Positions 17,627-25,317 of a stretch of DNA of 44,356 nucleotides are shown piece after piece (position 1 is the stretch's first letter; each line of letters starts with the position of its first letter). The notes under the pieces were generated by a model, which had not been told where the DNA came from, searched no databases, and saw only the letters and a list, made by a program, of their open reading frames with translations. Where the stretch lies: the IMG/VR virus record IMGVR_UViG_3300027790_000040, positions 1 through 44,356 of that record; one strand, 5' to 3'. The stretch is from a virus (lineage: Duplodnaviria; Caudoviricetes). The position numbers and the translations under genes were made by a program.

Positions 17627-20220
17627 CGGTGCGCGATGTGGCCCGGGATGGCGTCGAACGGATGCACGTCCGCGGCGTGCGCGACACCGTCAGCCTCGCT
17701 GGCCATGTTCAGGTAGCTCTGGGCCTTGATGAGGTTCTGAGCCGCGACCTTCTCGCCGGCCGGGCCGCGGATGAGCGCCGTCGCCAGCATCGCCGCCAGG
17801 TGGTGGATGACGCACTGGCGGAACGACGTGGGGAACTCAAGCGAGTCGGCCAGACGGTCCACGTAGCGAAGCACCGCCTGGTCCTGGTCGGTGTAGAGCA
17901 GCAGCCCGCCGGTGGGCGCGCGCTCCAACTGGAACGGCACCGGCTTGAGCGACAGGCGGTCCACTGTCGGCAGCTCGCTCGGGTCGACCTCGTCGCCGAT
18001 CGCGTCGAGGTTGTCCCCGGTCTTGTCCGTCCAGTCGGCGACGAACTGGTCCGAATACGGGTTGCCCGTGACGACCGGGCCGGTCAGCTCGAACTGCGTC
18101 ACCAGGCCCAGCTCGAAGTCCTCGCGGATCCGGTCGGGCGGCAGCACCTGGAACGGGCGCACAGCCTCTGCGGGGACCACGTAGCAGTGGCCGTATTGCG
18201 CGTAGAGCGACTGCTTGGGGAACCGCACCTCGGTGAGCGACTTGCGCGTCATCGCGAAGCCCCACTGGCGTGCCTGCAGGATCGTGTCGCGCGCCTGGTC
18301 GAACAGGCGGTCGCACACCGTGGCGTTGTTGGACCCGTCGGTGAACGACGTGATCGCCTTCTGCCCGATGAGCGCCAGCGCCTGGTTGCAGAGCTTGAGC
18401 CGGTCCTTGCTGCGGCTGGTCGCCACCAGCGCGGAGGAGCCGTAGCTAAGCGCGCGGTCGACCACCTTGGTCATCAGCCGCGAGTTGCGCAGCGCCTTGA
18501 CGCACTCGCCAACGCCGTTGCAGTGCCCCACGTCGGGGCCGTCCGCGCCGAGGATGTTGCGCGGCAGGTCGTCGCAGGAGTACCAGTCCGAGAACTCGTC
18601 CTCTTCCGCCTGGCGCTTGATGGCGTCGTTGATGAAGCCCTGCACGTCCGCGTTGAACGTCAGCGGTATGCCGTAGTAGTTGTAGGTGCCCTTGAGCCCG
18701 TAGGGCATCGTCATGATCGTGGGCTGCACGAACGGCACCTCGGCCTCCGTCCCCGAGTAGGGGTTGAGCCCCAGGTCGTCCACCAGGTTGCGGAACTCGC
18801 GCTTGAACTGGCCGAGCGACTCCGCGTAGTAGAAGCGGCCGTGCTGGCTCAGCGCGTCGCCCTCGCCCTGCGACAGGTAGAACCCGAGCACCTTCGCGGT
18901 CTTGGTGTTGCCTTCCGCTGCGAGCGCGTTGGGCAGGCACTCGCGGAGCAGGGTCTCGACGCGGCCCCAGATGCGGCGCGAGTCGCCGGGCGCCCAGGAC
19001 AGGTGCTCGTTCTGGTCATACCAGCCGATCTTGCCGGGGAAGCCCCGCGGGTTGCGGTTGACGCTCGGGTAGAACGACGAGCCGTTGATCCCCAGGTGGA
19101 TGATGTTGACCCGCTTGCCGATCGCCTGGGACATCCGGGTGGCGAACAGGAAGATGTCGCCGAACAGGTCGCGGTAGTTCTTGTTGACGTGCCCACGCGG
19201 CCGGTTGCGGATCACCGCGCCGTCCACGATCGCCGTGTGGGCGTGGTCCGAGCACGGGTGCATGTCGTTGGACGGGTAGGTGAAGCCCTTGTAGGCGTCG
19301 TAGGCGTGCGGGCTGTCCAGCCAGTGCGGGATCCATGCCTCCCATACAGCCGGCACAGTCATGCCCGTGGGGTCGCCATCGCCGCCCCAGGTGCCCTCGA
19401 TGGTGAATGCGCCGGTGGTGTTGGAAGCGATCCTCGCCCAGCTCCGCATCGGCACGTCGGTGCCATCGGTCCAGTTGACGACCACGAAGCCGCCAGCGAG
19501 CACGTTCGCCAGGATGGTAAGCGCCCCGCCCCACGAGGCGCCGGTGGCCGAGAACGTCACGGTCCCGATCGTCGCCGTCCGCTCGCTGATGCCGTAGCCG
19601 TTGACACCCTCGTGCCAGGTGAAGGGCAGCAGCAGCGCGTGGTTCTCGAACGTCGTCGCGGTCGGCGTGGGCGCCAGCGGCGTCTTCATCGGCTCGGCGC
19701 CGTTCGCCCAGCCCGTCGCGGGGACCTCGGGGTAGAGCACCTCGCGGTCGTTCACGTCGTCCGTCGTCGGCTGGTAGGGCGTCAGCACGCGGACGTGCTC
19801 GAACTTCGAGTTGCGGTGGTCGTCGAACACCAGGTAGGCGTCGACGGTCGAACTCGTCACCGTCGGGACGACCTGCCACTCCACGTAGAGCACGTACTGC
19901 TCGTTCCGCCGCACGATGCCGTAGCCGGCCAGCGGCGATGCCGGTGTCCCGAGGCGGATCTGCGCGCCGGTCCACTTGCTCTGCAGGCCGGGCTCGCCGG
20001 GCTCAAGGTCCGTCACCGAGGTGAGCGACTCCGTCGCCCCGCCGCCGGCATAGGAGCCCGGAAGGGTGACCTGGATGTCGTCGCCGATCGACTTCGGCTC
20101 CAGCCCGGGGAACAGCTCATAGGCTTCCTCGCGGGTGCCGAAGGGGCGCGACGTGCTCTGGCCCATCCAGACGAAGAAATACTCGTGGTCGTCCGACAGG
20201 TCGTGGATGTGCCGCAGCAT
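17623..20220 (-). CDS. SGNH/sialate O-acetylesterase-like domain fused to tail tubular protein A (adaptor)
   Basis: GQS (20155-20163), QGEGD (18856-18870) and DVGH (18523-18534); C-terminal LCNQALALIG...QWGFA...LYTDQ...FPTSFRQCV..HLA adaptor pattern. Confidence 0.8.
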   Translation of the reverse strand: MLRHIHDLSDDHEYFFVWMGQSTSRPFGTREEAYELFPGLEPKSIGDDIQVTLPGSYAGGGATESLTSVTDLEPGEPGLQSKWTGAQIRLGTPASPLAGYGIVRRNEQYVLYVEWQVVPTVTSSTVDAYLVFDDHRNSKFEHVRVLTPYQPTTDDVNDREVLYPEVPATGWANGAEPMKTPLAPTPTATTFENHALLLPFTWHEGVNGYGISERTATIGTVTFSATGASWGGALTILANVLAGGFVVVNWTDGTDVPMRSWARIASNTTGAFTIEGTWGGDGDPTGMTVPAVWEAWIPHWLDSPHAYDAYKGFTYPSNDMHPCSDHAHTAIVDGAVIRNRPRGHVNKNYRDLFGDIFLFATRMSQAIGKRVNIIHLGINGSSFYPSVNRNPRGFPGKIGWYDQNEHLSWAPGDSRRIWGRVETLLRECLPNALAAEGNTKTAKVLGFYLSQGEGDALSQHGRFYYAESLGQFKREFRNLVDDLGLNPYSGTEAEVPFVQPTIMTMPYGLKGTYNYYGIPLTFNADVQGFINDAIKRQAEEDEFSDWYSCDDLPRNILGADGPDVGHCNGVGECVKALRNSRLMTKVVDRALSYGSSALVATSRSKDRLKLCNQALALIGQKAITSFTDGSNNATVCDRLFDQARDTILQARQWGFAMTRKSLTEVRFPKQSLYAQYGHCYVVPAEAVRPFQVLPPDRIREDFELGLVTQFELTGPVVTGNPYSDQFVADWTDKTGDNLDAIGDEVDPSELPTVDRLSLKPVPFQLERAPTGGLLLYTDQDQAVLRYVDRLADSLEFPTSFRQCVIHHLAAMLATALIRGPAGEKVAAQNLIKAQSYLNMASEADGVAHAADVHPFDAIPGHIAHR

Positions 20221-20240
20221 GGCCGCTCCTCGCGATGTGA

Positions 20241-20276
20241 AAGGTGGCGGGCCGGCCTCCGACGAGCCGGCCCACC
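20241..20276 (-). terminator. Putative intrinsic terminator after the capsid gene block
   Basis: GGGCCGGC/GCCGGCCC stem followed by a short T run on the minus strand. Confidence 0.5.
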
Positions 20277-20283
20277 GATTGGA

Positions 20284-20544
20284 TCAGGACTTCTTCTTGA
20301 CCACACGCTTGCGCGTCTTGGGTCGAGGAGCGTCCGTCTCCTCCGCCGCGTCGCCGTCTTCCGACGCAGCGGACTCGATCTCGCTCTCCCCCGACGCCTC
20401 CATGCTCTCGGGCTCAGGCTTGAGCTTCGAGAGGTCCACCATGCAGGCGTCTGAGAACTCACTCTCCAGAACGATGCACTCCGAGCCCGCGGTCCGAAGA
20501 CCGCCGCCCACGAAGCACGGCTCAGTGATGCGGACTCGGATCAT
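20284..20544 (-). CDS. Small hypothetical head-module protein
   Basis: 86 aa; beta-rich N-terminus, acidic linker and basic tail, a layout typical downstream of cement genes. Confidence 0.75.
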   Translation of the reverse strand: MIRVRITEPCFVGGGLRTAGSECIVLESEFSDACMVDLSKLKPEPESMEASGESEIESAASEDGDAAEETDAPRPKTRKRVVKKKS

Positions 20545-20545
20545 C

Positions 20546-21193
20546 CTACTGCACCTTCATGCCAGGCCGGTAGCTGTGACCGGCGTCCCCGACGTAGTCG
20601 TCGATGACGATCCGCGACGTGATCGCACCGGCCGTGAAGTTGGCCAGGGTGAACGTCGTGGGCTTGAGGTTGATGGGCGACTGCGCCGTGCTGTTCACCT
20701 GGATGAACACCGCGGAGAGGTAGCCCGACGCGCTCATCAGGTAGTCGAAGCGCGCGCTGTTGTCGCCGTACCACGGCAGGCCGATGCGCCCCGAGGGGAT
20801 GCGCACTCGGTGGATGTCGCCCGCGAACAGGTTGCGCGGGCCAGAAGCGGCGTCGGTGGGCAGCATGCCCATGACCGGCGTCGCCGTCCCCGTAGGGATG
20901 AGGATCGGCCAACCCACCGTCGCGATGACGTTGGGCGCCGACACCATGCCCGAGTCGGCAGCCAGCGCCACGCCCATGATGAGCATGGGCGTCTGCGTCA
21001 GCGAGGTGAAGCCGGTGAACGACGTGGTTACCTCGAACTCCATGTAGACCGAGTAGCCGAGGCCAACGTCGCGGACGAGGTTGGACACCGAGGCGATGTC
21101 GATCGAGTTCGAGAACTTGAAGGCGGAGCCACCGCTCGCGCCGCTGAGATCCTGGGCTTCTTGCAGCACCAGGGCCTTGTCTTGGATGGACAT
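20546..21193 (-). CDS. Capsid cement/decoration protein (Bbp16-like), paralogue 2
   Basis: MSIQDKALVLQEAQDL...SNSIDI...RDVGLG...EVTTSF...FTAGAITS; RBS AGGAG. Confidence 0.7.
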   Translation of the reverse strand: MSIQDKALVLQEAQDLSGASGGSAFKFSNSIDIASVSNLVRDVGLGYSVYMEFEVTTSFTGFTSLTQTPMLIMGVALAADSGMVSAPNVIATVGWPILIPTGTATPVMGMLPTDAASGPRNLFAGDIHRVRIPSGRIGLPWYGDNSARFDYLMSASGYLSAVFIQVNSTAQSPINLKPTTFTLANFTAGAITSRIVIDDYVGDAGHSYRPGMKVQ

Positions 21194-21208
21194 AGTTCTG
21201 TCTCCTGG

Positions 21209-22111
21209 TTACTGAGCGATGAAGCCCGAACGGTAGTTGCGCTCGCCGCTGCCGGTCGACATGCCGAGCTGCGCGCTGTAACGGCCGGTGGTGCCCGCGC
21301 TGACCGTCTTGGCGTAGACGTGCAGGCACAGGTAGCGGCCGACGGAAGGAACGAACGGCGCCGCCGAGGCGCCGACGTTGTTGACGATGTGCTGGGCCAT
21401 GCCAGCAGGCTTCGGGGTGGCGCCCGAGTACGGCGCGAGGATCTTCCCCTGGCCGCTCATGTATCCCGTGACCGAGTTGGCCGAGATTTGAACGCCAGCG
21501 TTGAGGAAGACCGTCCGCAGCGGACCCGTGGTGACGTGCGTCTGCGGCAGGAACTGGATCACTGCCGACGCGAAGTTTGCGGACGACTGCGCCACCCCCG
21601 TGCCGGCCAGCGCGTTCGCGAAGCTTGTGGCGAAAGCGAACGTGTTGGCGGTCAGAGGGATCGCGTAGTAGATCGTGTTGGTCGCCGTGCCCGAGCCGCC
21701 GGAGCCGCTCAGGAAGAAGAACGGCGTGCCGAGCGCGAGGCCATGACCCGTCAAGGTGATGACGCCAGGCGTGCCGACCACGACCGTCACGCTGAGGATG
21801 CCCGTGAGCTTCCCCGACGTGAGCCCGCCGCTGAGCAGCGACGGGAGGATCGGCATGGACACGAGCGCGAACTCGATGGTCCCGGTCGGGTTCGTCACCC
21901 CGAACGAGGTGTCGATCTGGATCCGCAGCTCCAGCTCGGTCGAGCTGAGCTGGGCGTATCCGATCTGCCCAGCCGACTCACTGCCGAGGTCGATGTAGTG
22001 GGCGCTGTCAGCCACGCCCGTGATGGTGTTGCCGCCCAGGCCACCGGGGTCGGCGCCCTGATTGGGCGGCGCCTCGTTGGTGGCAAAGAGCAGTGCGTTG
22101 TCGGTGAGCAT
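21209..22111 (-). CDS. Capsid cement/decoration protein (Bbp16-like), paralogue 1, with inserted module
   Basis: MLTDNALLF...SAHYIDLG...GRYLCLHV...TTGRYSAQL; directly after the capsid gene; RBS GGAGG. Confidence 0.65.
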   Translation of the reverse strand: MLTDNALLFATNEAPPNQGADPGGLGGNTITGVADSAHYIDLGSESAGQIGYAQLSSTELELRIQIDTSFGVTNPTGTIEFALVSMPILPSLLSGGLTSGKLTGILSVTVVVGTPGVITLTGHGLALGTPFFFLSGSGGSGTATNTIYYAIPLTANTFAFATSFANALAGTGVAQSSANFASAVIQFLPQTHVTTGPLRTVFLNAGVQISANSVTGYMSGQGKILAPYSGATPKPAGMAQHIVNNVGASAAPFVPSVGRYLCLHVYAKTVSAGTTGRYSAQLGMSTGSGERNYRSGFIAQ

Positions 22112-22144
22112 GTAGCCTCCGGTGTTGGGTGACGATGGTCAGCC

Positions 22145-23194
22145 TTAGCTGACGACCGACTCCGTGTTGAGGAGTGCGTCGCACTGGCGGATGGGGAACC
22201 CGAGGAACGACAGCATCCGCTGGGGAGTGCCGAACTCGGTGGCAGCCGTCTGGATCATCAGACCGCTGTTGACGCCGCTCTCCAGCGCGAGCCGCATGAG
22301 GGACGTGAACACCGTGCGGTTCAGGTAGAACGCGCAGCGGCCCATGCCACTCTGCGGGATGCGACCGATGGCCTGCGCCATGCGGTGGAGGAGGTTGGTC
22401 ACGACCGCGGAGCCAGCCGACGGCGCGTGGACGCCCTGCAGGCGGTTCACGTCGTTGCTGTTGCCACCCTCGACTTCGAGGTTGCAGATCCGCACCGCGT
22501 AGCGCCAGTCCTTGACGGCGAGGCCCGTCTTCCACTGGTAGCGGTCAGCGAAGACCTCCATGCGCTCGCCGGTCGTGCCGGTGTCGTAGCTGGTCTGACG
22601 GCCGAGGTCGTCGTGCAGCAGGCCCGCCTTGCTCCCCTTGGGGAAGACGCAGAACACCGTCTCGGGGGACCAGCACACCAGCCAGACCGAGGTCTGCTTG
22701 GCGGCGATGGTGCCGCCGGCGTTGATGATGTTCTGGCTGTTGTTGCCGCTCAGGCCGTTGTAGCGCGGCGCCAGGCCGCGGAACGCCTTGCTGTCCGTCG
22801 CCGGGTTGGCGTAGAACAGCTCGGTGGCCATCTTCTGGTTCATCGCCTCGATGAACATGCGCGCCTCAGAGAGGCGGAACGCGGCGGTGTTGCCGTTGAG
22901 CATCGCCAGGTCGATGTCGACCTCGCTGCGCGTCTCCAGGATGGAGAGCGGCTCGGTGATCTGCGAGGTCTGACCCTTCGCAGTCGTCACGCCCTGGTTC
23001 AGCGCGCGGTAGTTCACGCTGGGCAGGCCGGTAGCCACCGTCACGACGTGCGACGTGGGCTGGTTCGACTCGACGTAGGTCGCGTCGGTGAGGATCTCGT
23101 TGGTCTGCGAAAGCAGCATCGCGATCGCGGCGGTCTTGCCGCTGGGATCGTGGCGCTTCGCCCAGTCCATCAGGGTGAGGTTTCCAACAACCAT
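22145..23194 (-). CDS. Major capsid protein (Bbp17-like)
   Basis: LTLMDWAKRHDP...LLSQTNEILTD, FRLSEARMFIEAMNQ, FRGLAPRYN, GLAVKDWRYAVRICN and PIRQCDALLNTE. Confidence 0.95.
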   Translation of the reverse strand: MVVGNLTLMDWAKRHDPSGKTAAIAMLLSQTNEILTDATYVESNQPTSHVVTVATGLPSVNYRALNQGVTTAKGQTSQITEPLSILETRSEVDIDLAMLNGNTAAFRLSEARMFIEAMNQKMATELFYANPATDSKAFRGLAPRYNGLSGNNSQNIINAGGTIAAKQTSVWLVCWSPETVFCVFPKGSKAGLLHDDLGRQTSYDTGTTGERMEVFADRYQWKTGLAVKDWRYAVRICNLEVEGGNSNDVNRLQGVHAPSAGSAVVTNLLHRMAQAIGRIPQSGMGRCAFYLNRTVFTSLMRLALESGVNSGLMIQTAATEFGTPQRMLSFLGFPIRQCDALLNTESVVS

Positions 23195-23221
23195 GGTTCA
23201 GTTCTCCTGTCAGTCAGCGCC

Positions 23222-23905
23222 CTACGACTTGCCGTAGAGCAGCTCCGCCATCGCCTGAGAGTCGTTCGGGTTCGGCGGGCTCTTGCCCGCCGGTGACTCT
23301 CCGCTGACGAAGCCATCGGGCTTGAGGGCGTTCCCCACCTTCACGAAGAAGGCAACGACCTCGGGGTGGTTGCCGATGCCTTGCACCAGCAACTCGCGAA
23401 GGCCATCCGAACCAAACTTCGAGATGGCCTGCTCCGCAGCGCGCAGGTTCGCTTCGAGCCCTTCCCCGGCCGTGACATCGGGATGCTCGCGAGCATCCTT
23501 CTCCCACTGCTGGAGCATGGACTCCTGCTGCTTCACCGCCCGCTCAATCATGGCGGGGATGAACTTGTCGACGACCGTTTGCGCCGACTCCTGCGTGAGG
23601 TCCAGCTCGCGAGCGATGTCACCCCAGGCGTCGAGCATCTGCTCGTCGACGGAGTGCCCTTCGGGTAGCCCCTCGGGGAGCTTGAACTCGTAAGCCTCGG
23701 GGGCTTGCGGCTCAGGCTTCTCGGCCTCGGCGCCTTCGGCGGGCGGCTCGGCCGCTGCCTCGGGTGCTGGATCTGCCGTTGGCTCTGCTGCCGTCGGCTC
23801 TGCTGGAGTTTCCGCAACCGGCTCCGAGCCGATCACGGTCTGAGTCGCACCTTGCCCGTCAGGTGTTGGTTGTGCTTCGGGGCTTCCAAGCAACGTCTCA
23901 CTCAT
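23222..23905 (-). CDS. Capsid scaffolding protein
   Basis: P/E/A-rich N-terminus, APEAYEFKLPEG, GIGNHPEVVAFF.KVG and AELLYG; precedes the capsid gene. Confidence 0.85.
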   Translation of the reverse strand: MSETLLGSPEAQPTPDGQGATQTVIGSEPVAETPAEPTAAEPTADPAPEAAAEPPAEGAEAEKPEPQAPEAYEFKLPEGLPEGHSVDEQMLDAWGDIARELDLTQESAQTVVDKFIPAMIERAVKQQESMLQQWEKDAREHPDVTAGEGLEANLRAAEQAISKFGSDGLRELLVQGIGNHPEVVAFFVKVGNALKPDGFVSGESPAGKSPPNPNDSQAMAELLYGKS

Positions 23906-24224
23906 ACTTGTGTTCCTCGGCCTCGTCGGCCATCTTGCGGTATAGCTCCGGGCAGACCTGCTCGATCTGCGCCAGGAGGAAGTAGCCGATGTCCTTCCGG
24001 CCCTCGTTGTGCGCCATGACCATCGAGTTCTGCGAGAACGAGGTCTGGAAGGCGCCAGCGCGCACGAGTAGGCGCCAGATCACATGGCGACCCTCGACGG
24101 TCTGCATGACCTTCCGCAGCGCCAGGTTCTCGGCGGACTGCCGAGCCTTCGCTTGCTGCACCGACTCGCGATGGAGTTCTTCCTCGCGGCGTAGGTTGGT
24201 CGGGTCTCTCTGGAGCTTCGGCAC
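23898..24224 (-). CDS. Bbp19-like conserved head protein
   Basis: LRKVMQTVEGRHVIWRLL..AGAFQTSF...MAHNEGRKDIG; GTG start. Confidence 0.85.
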   Translation of the reverse strand: MPKLQRDPTNLRREEELHRESVQQAKARQSAENLALRKVMQTVEGRHVIWRLLVRAGAFQTSFSQNSMVMAHNEGRKDIGYFLLAQIEQVCPELYRKMADEAEEHKYE

Positions 24225-24260
24225 TCCGAGAGTCTGTCGGGGCCTCCTCGGCCCCTCAAG

Positions 24261-24479
24261 CTACGGCTGCTTCGGCGGATCGTTCGGCGGAACGGGCGTG
24301 CCCGACTTGGCGTCGCCGCGCGAGCGCGCGTAGCCGTAGACCGACCACGTCACCATGGCGCCGCCGATCGACTTCGACCATGGGTCTTCGAGCGTGAGCC
24401 CAACGATGACGAGCACGATGCCGGCAACGGCACCGAGCACGGCCATCTTGAACTCGGTGGTCTGCCGGCCGTCCCTCAC
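24261..24479 (-). CDS. Small two-TM membrane protein, putative holin
   Basis: GRQTTEFKMAVLGAVAGIVLVIVG...VYGYARSRGDAK; GTG start overlaps the upstream stop. Confidence 0.65.
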   Translation of the reverse strand: MRDGRQTTEFKMAVLGAVAGIVLVIVGLTLEDPWSKSIGGAMVTWSVYGYARSRGDAKSGTPVPPNDPPKQP

Positions 24480-24757
24480 TGCGAGAGGACTCCGAAGACG
24501 AACGCGGTGGCGATGTCGCGGAACCAGCCCAGCAGCGCCTCGTTGACGCGCGAGCGGGTGACCGCGGTCAGCCCCATCGTCTGGGCGTGGATGTGCCGCG
24601 CCTCCTGGAACACGTCCTCGCCAGCCTGGTAGCGGGCGTGCGTCGCCGCTGCGTCGCCAGCGATCTGCGCGATGAGCACGCGCTCGGACTCCAGGGCGCC
24701 AGGCACTGCTTCGAGCAGGCGGCGCTCCAGATCCTTCAGGTCGATGGAGGCCCTCAT
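24476..24757 (-). CDS. Hypothetical protein with hydrophobic C-terminus
   Basis: 93 aa with ATGA/GTGA overlaps on both sides. Confidence 0.75.
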   Translation of the reverse strand: MRASIDLKDLERRLLEAVPGALESERVLIAQIAGDAAATHARYQAGEDVFQEARHIHAQTMGLTAVTRSRVNEALLGWFRDIATAFVFGVLSQ

Positions 24758-25017
24758 TGCTGCGCCTCCGGGTCGAGCCCCGCCTCGGCCTCAAGGGCCG
24801 TGACGAACAAGCGGAACGTCTCGACCGTGCGGATCCGGCGCTGCTTCTCTTCGAGCGACAGGTCGTGGTCCTCGGCGACGTAGACCTGGTACTCGCTCAC
24901 GATCGCGTGGTCGTAGGCGCGCAGGGCGCGCGGGATGTCCGGGGACAGGCCCCAGCACGACGGAAGGGCCAGCAGCAGAGCCGCCGGCAGGAGGTGTTTG
25001 GTCTTCATGGGGATCAC
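24754..25017 (-). CDS. Lipoprotein (possible spanin-type lysis component)
   Basis: MKTKHLLPAALLLALPSC signal peptide with lipobox Cys. Confidence 0.7.
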   Translation of the reverse strand: MIPMKTKHLLPAALLLALPSCWGLSPDIPRALRAYDHAIVSEYQVYVAEDHDLSLEEKQRRIRTVETFRLFVTALEAEAGLDPEAQQ

Positions 25018-25298
25018 CGGAGCATCTCGGAGCCGGCCAGAACGATCTGGTCGGGGTCTTCCTGCTTGGGCAGCCAGTTCAGCTCGAAGCCCAGGCGGGC
25101 GCCGAGGTGCGTCGCCACCCGCAGGATGTTCAGGAACATCCGGGAGGCGTTCACCCGCCCGGTCGTCATCGTCAGGTCGTCGTGCTTCCTGCAGACCAGG
25201 AGCATCACCCCCTCGGCTTTGGGGAACAGCGCGTCGAGGGCCTCCTGCGCCTTCTGCGGGTCGGATTTGAGGGCGTCGACGATCTCATCGTTGGTCAT
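25014..25298 (-). CDS. Hypothetical protein
   Basis: MTNDEIVDALKSDP..., 94 aa; RBS AAGGA; ATGA overlap downstream. Confidence 0.7.
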   Translation of the reverse strand: MTNDEIVDALKSDPQKAQEALDALFPKAEGVMLLVCRKHDDLTMTTGRVNASRMFLNILRVATHLGARLGFELNWLPKQEDPDQIVLAGSEMLR

Positions 25299-25317
25299 GC
25301 TTGAGTCCTTGGGGGTC

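Noticed and set aside
4696-20454. Very long plus-strand ORFs (4696-8631, 8689-10500, 14486-17716, 17629-20454)
   Set aside because: They are antisense shadows of GC3-rich structural genes, with no recognisable motifs and biased composition.
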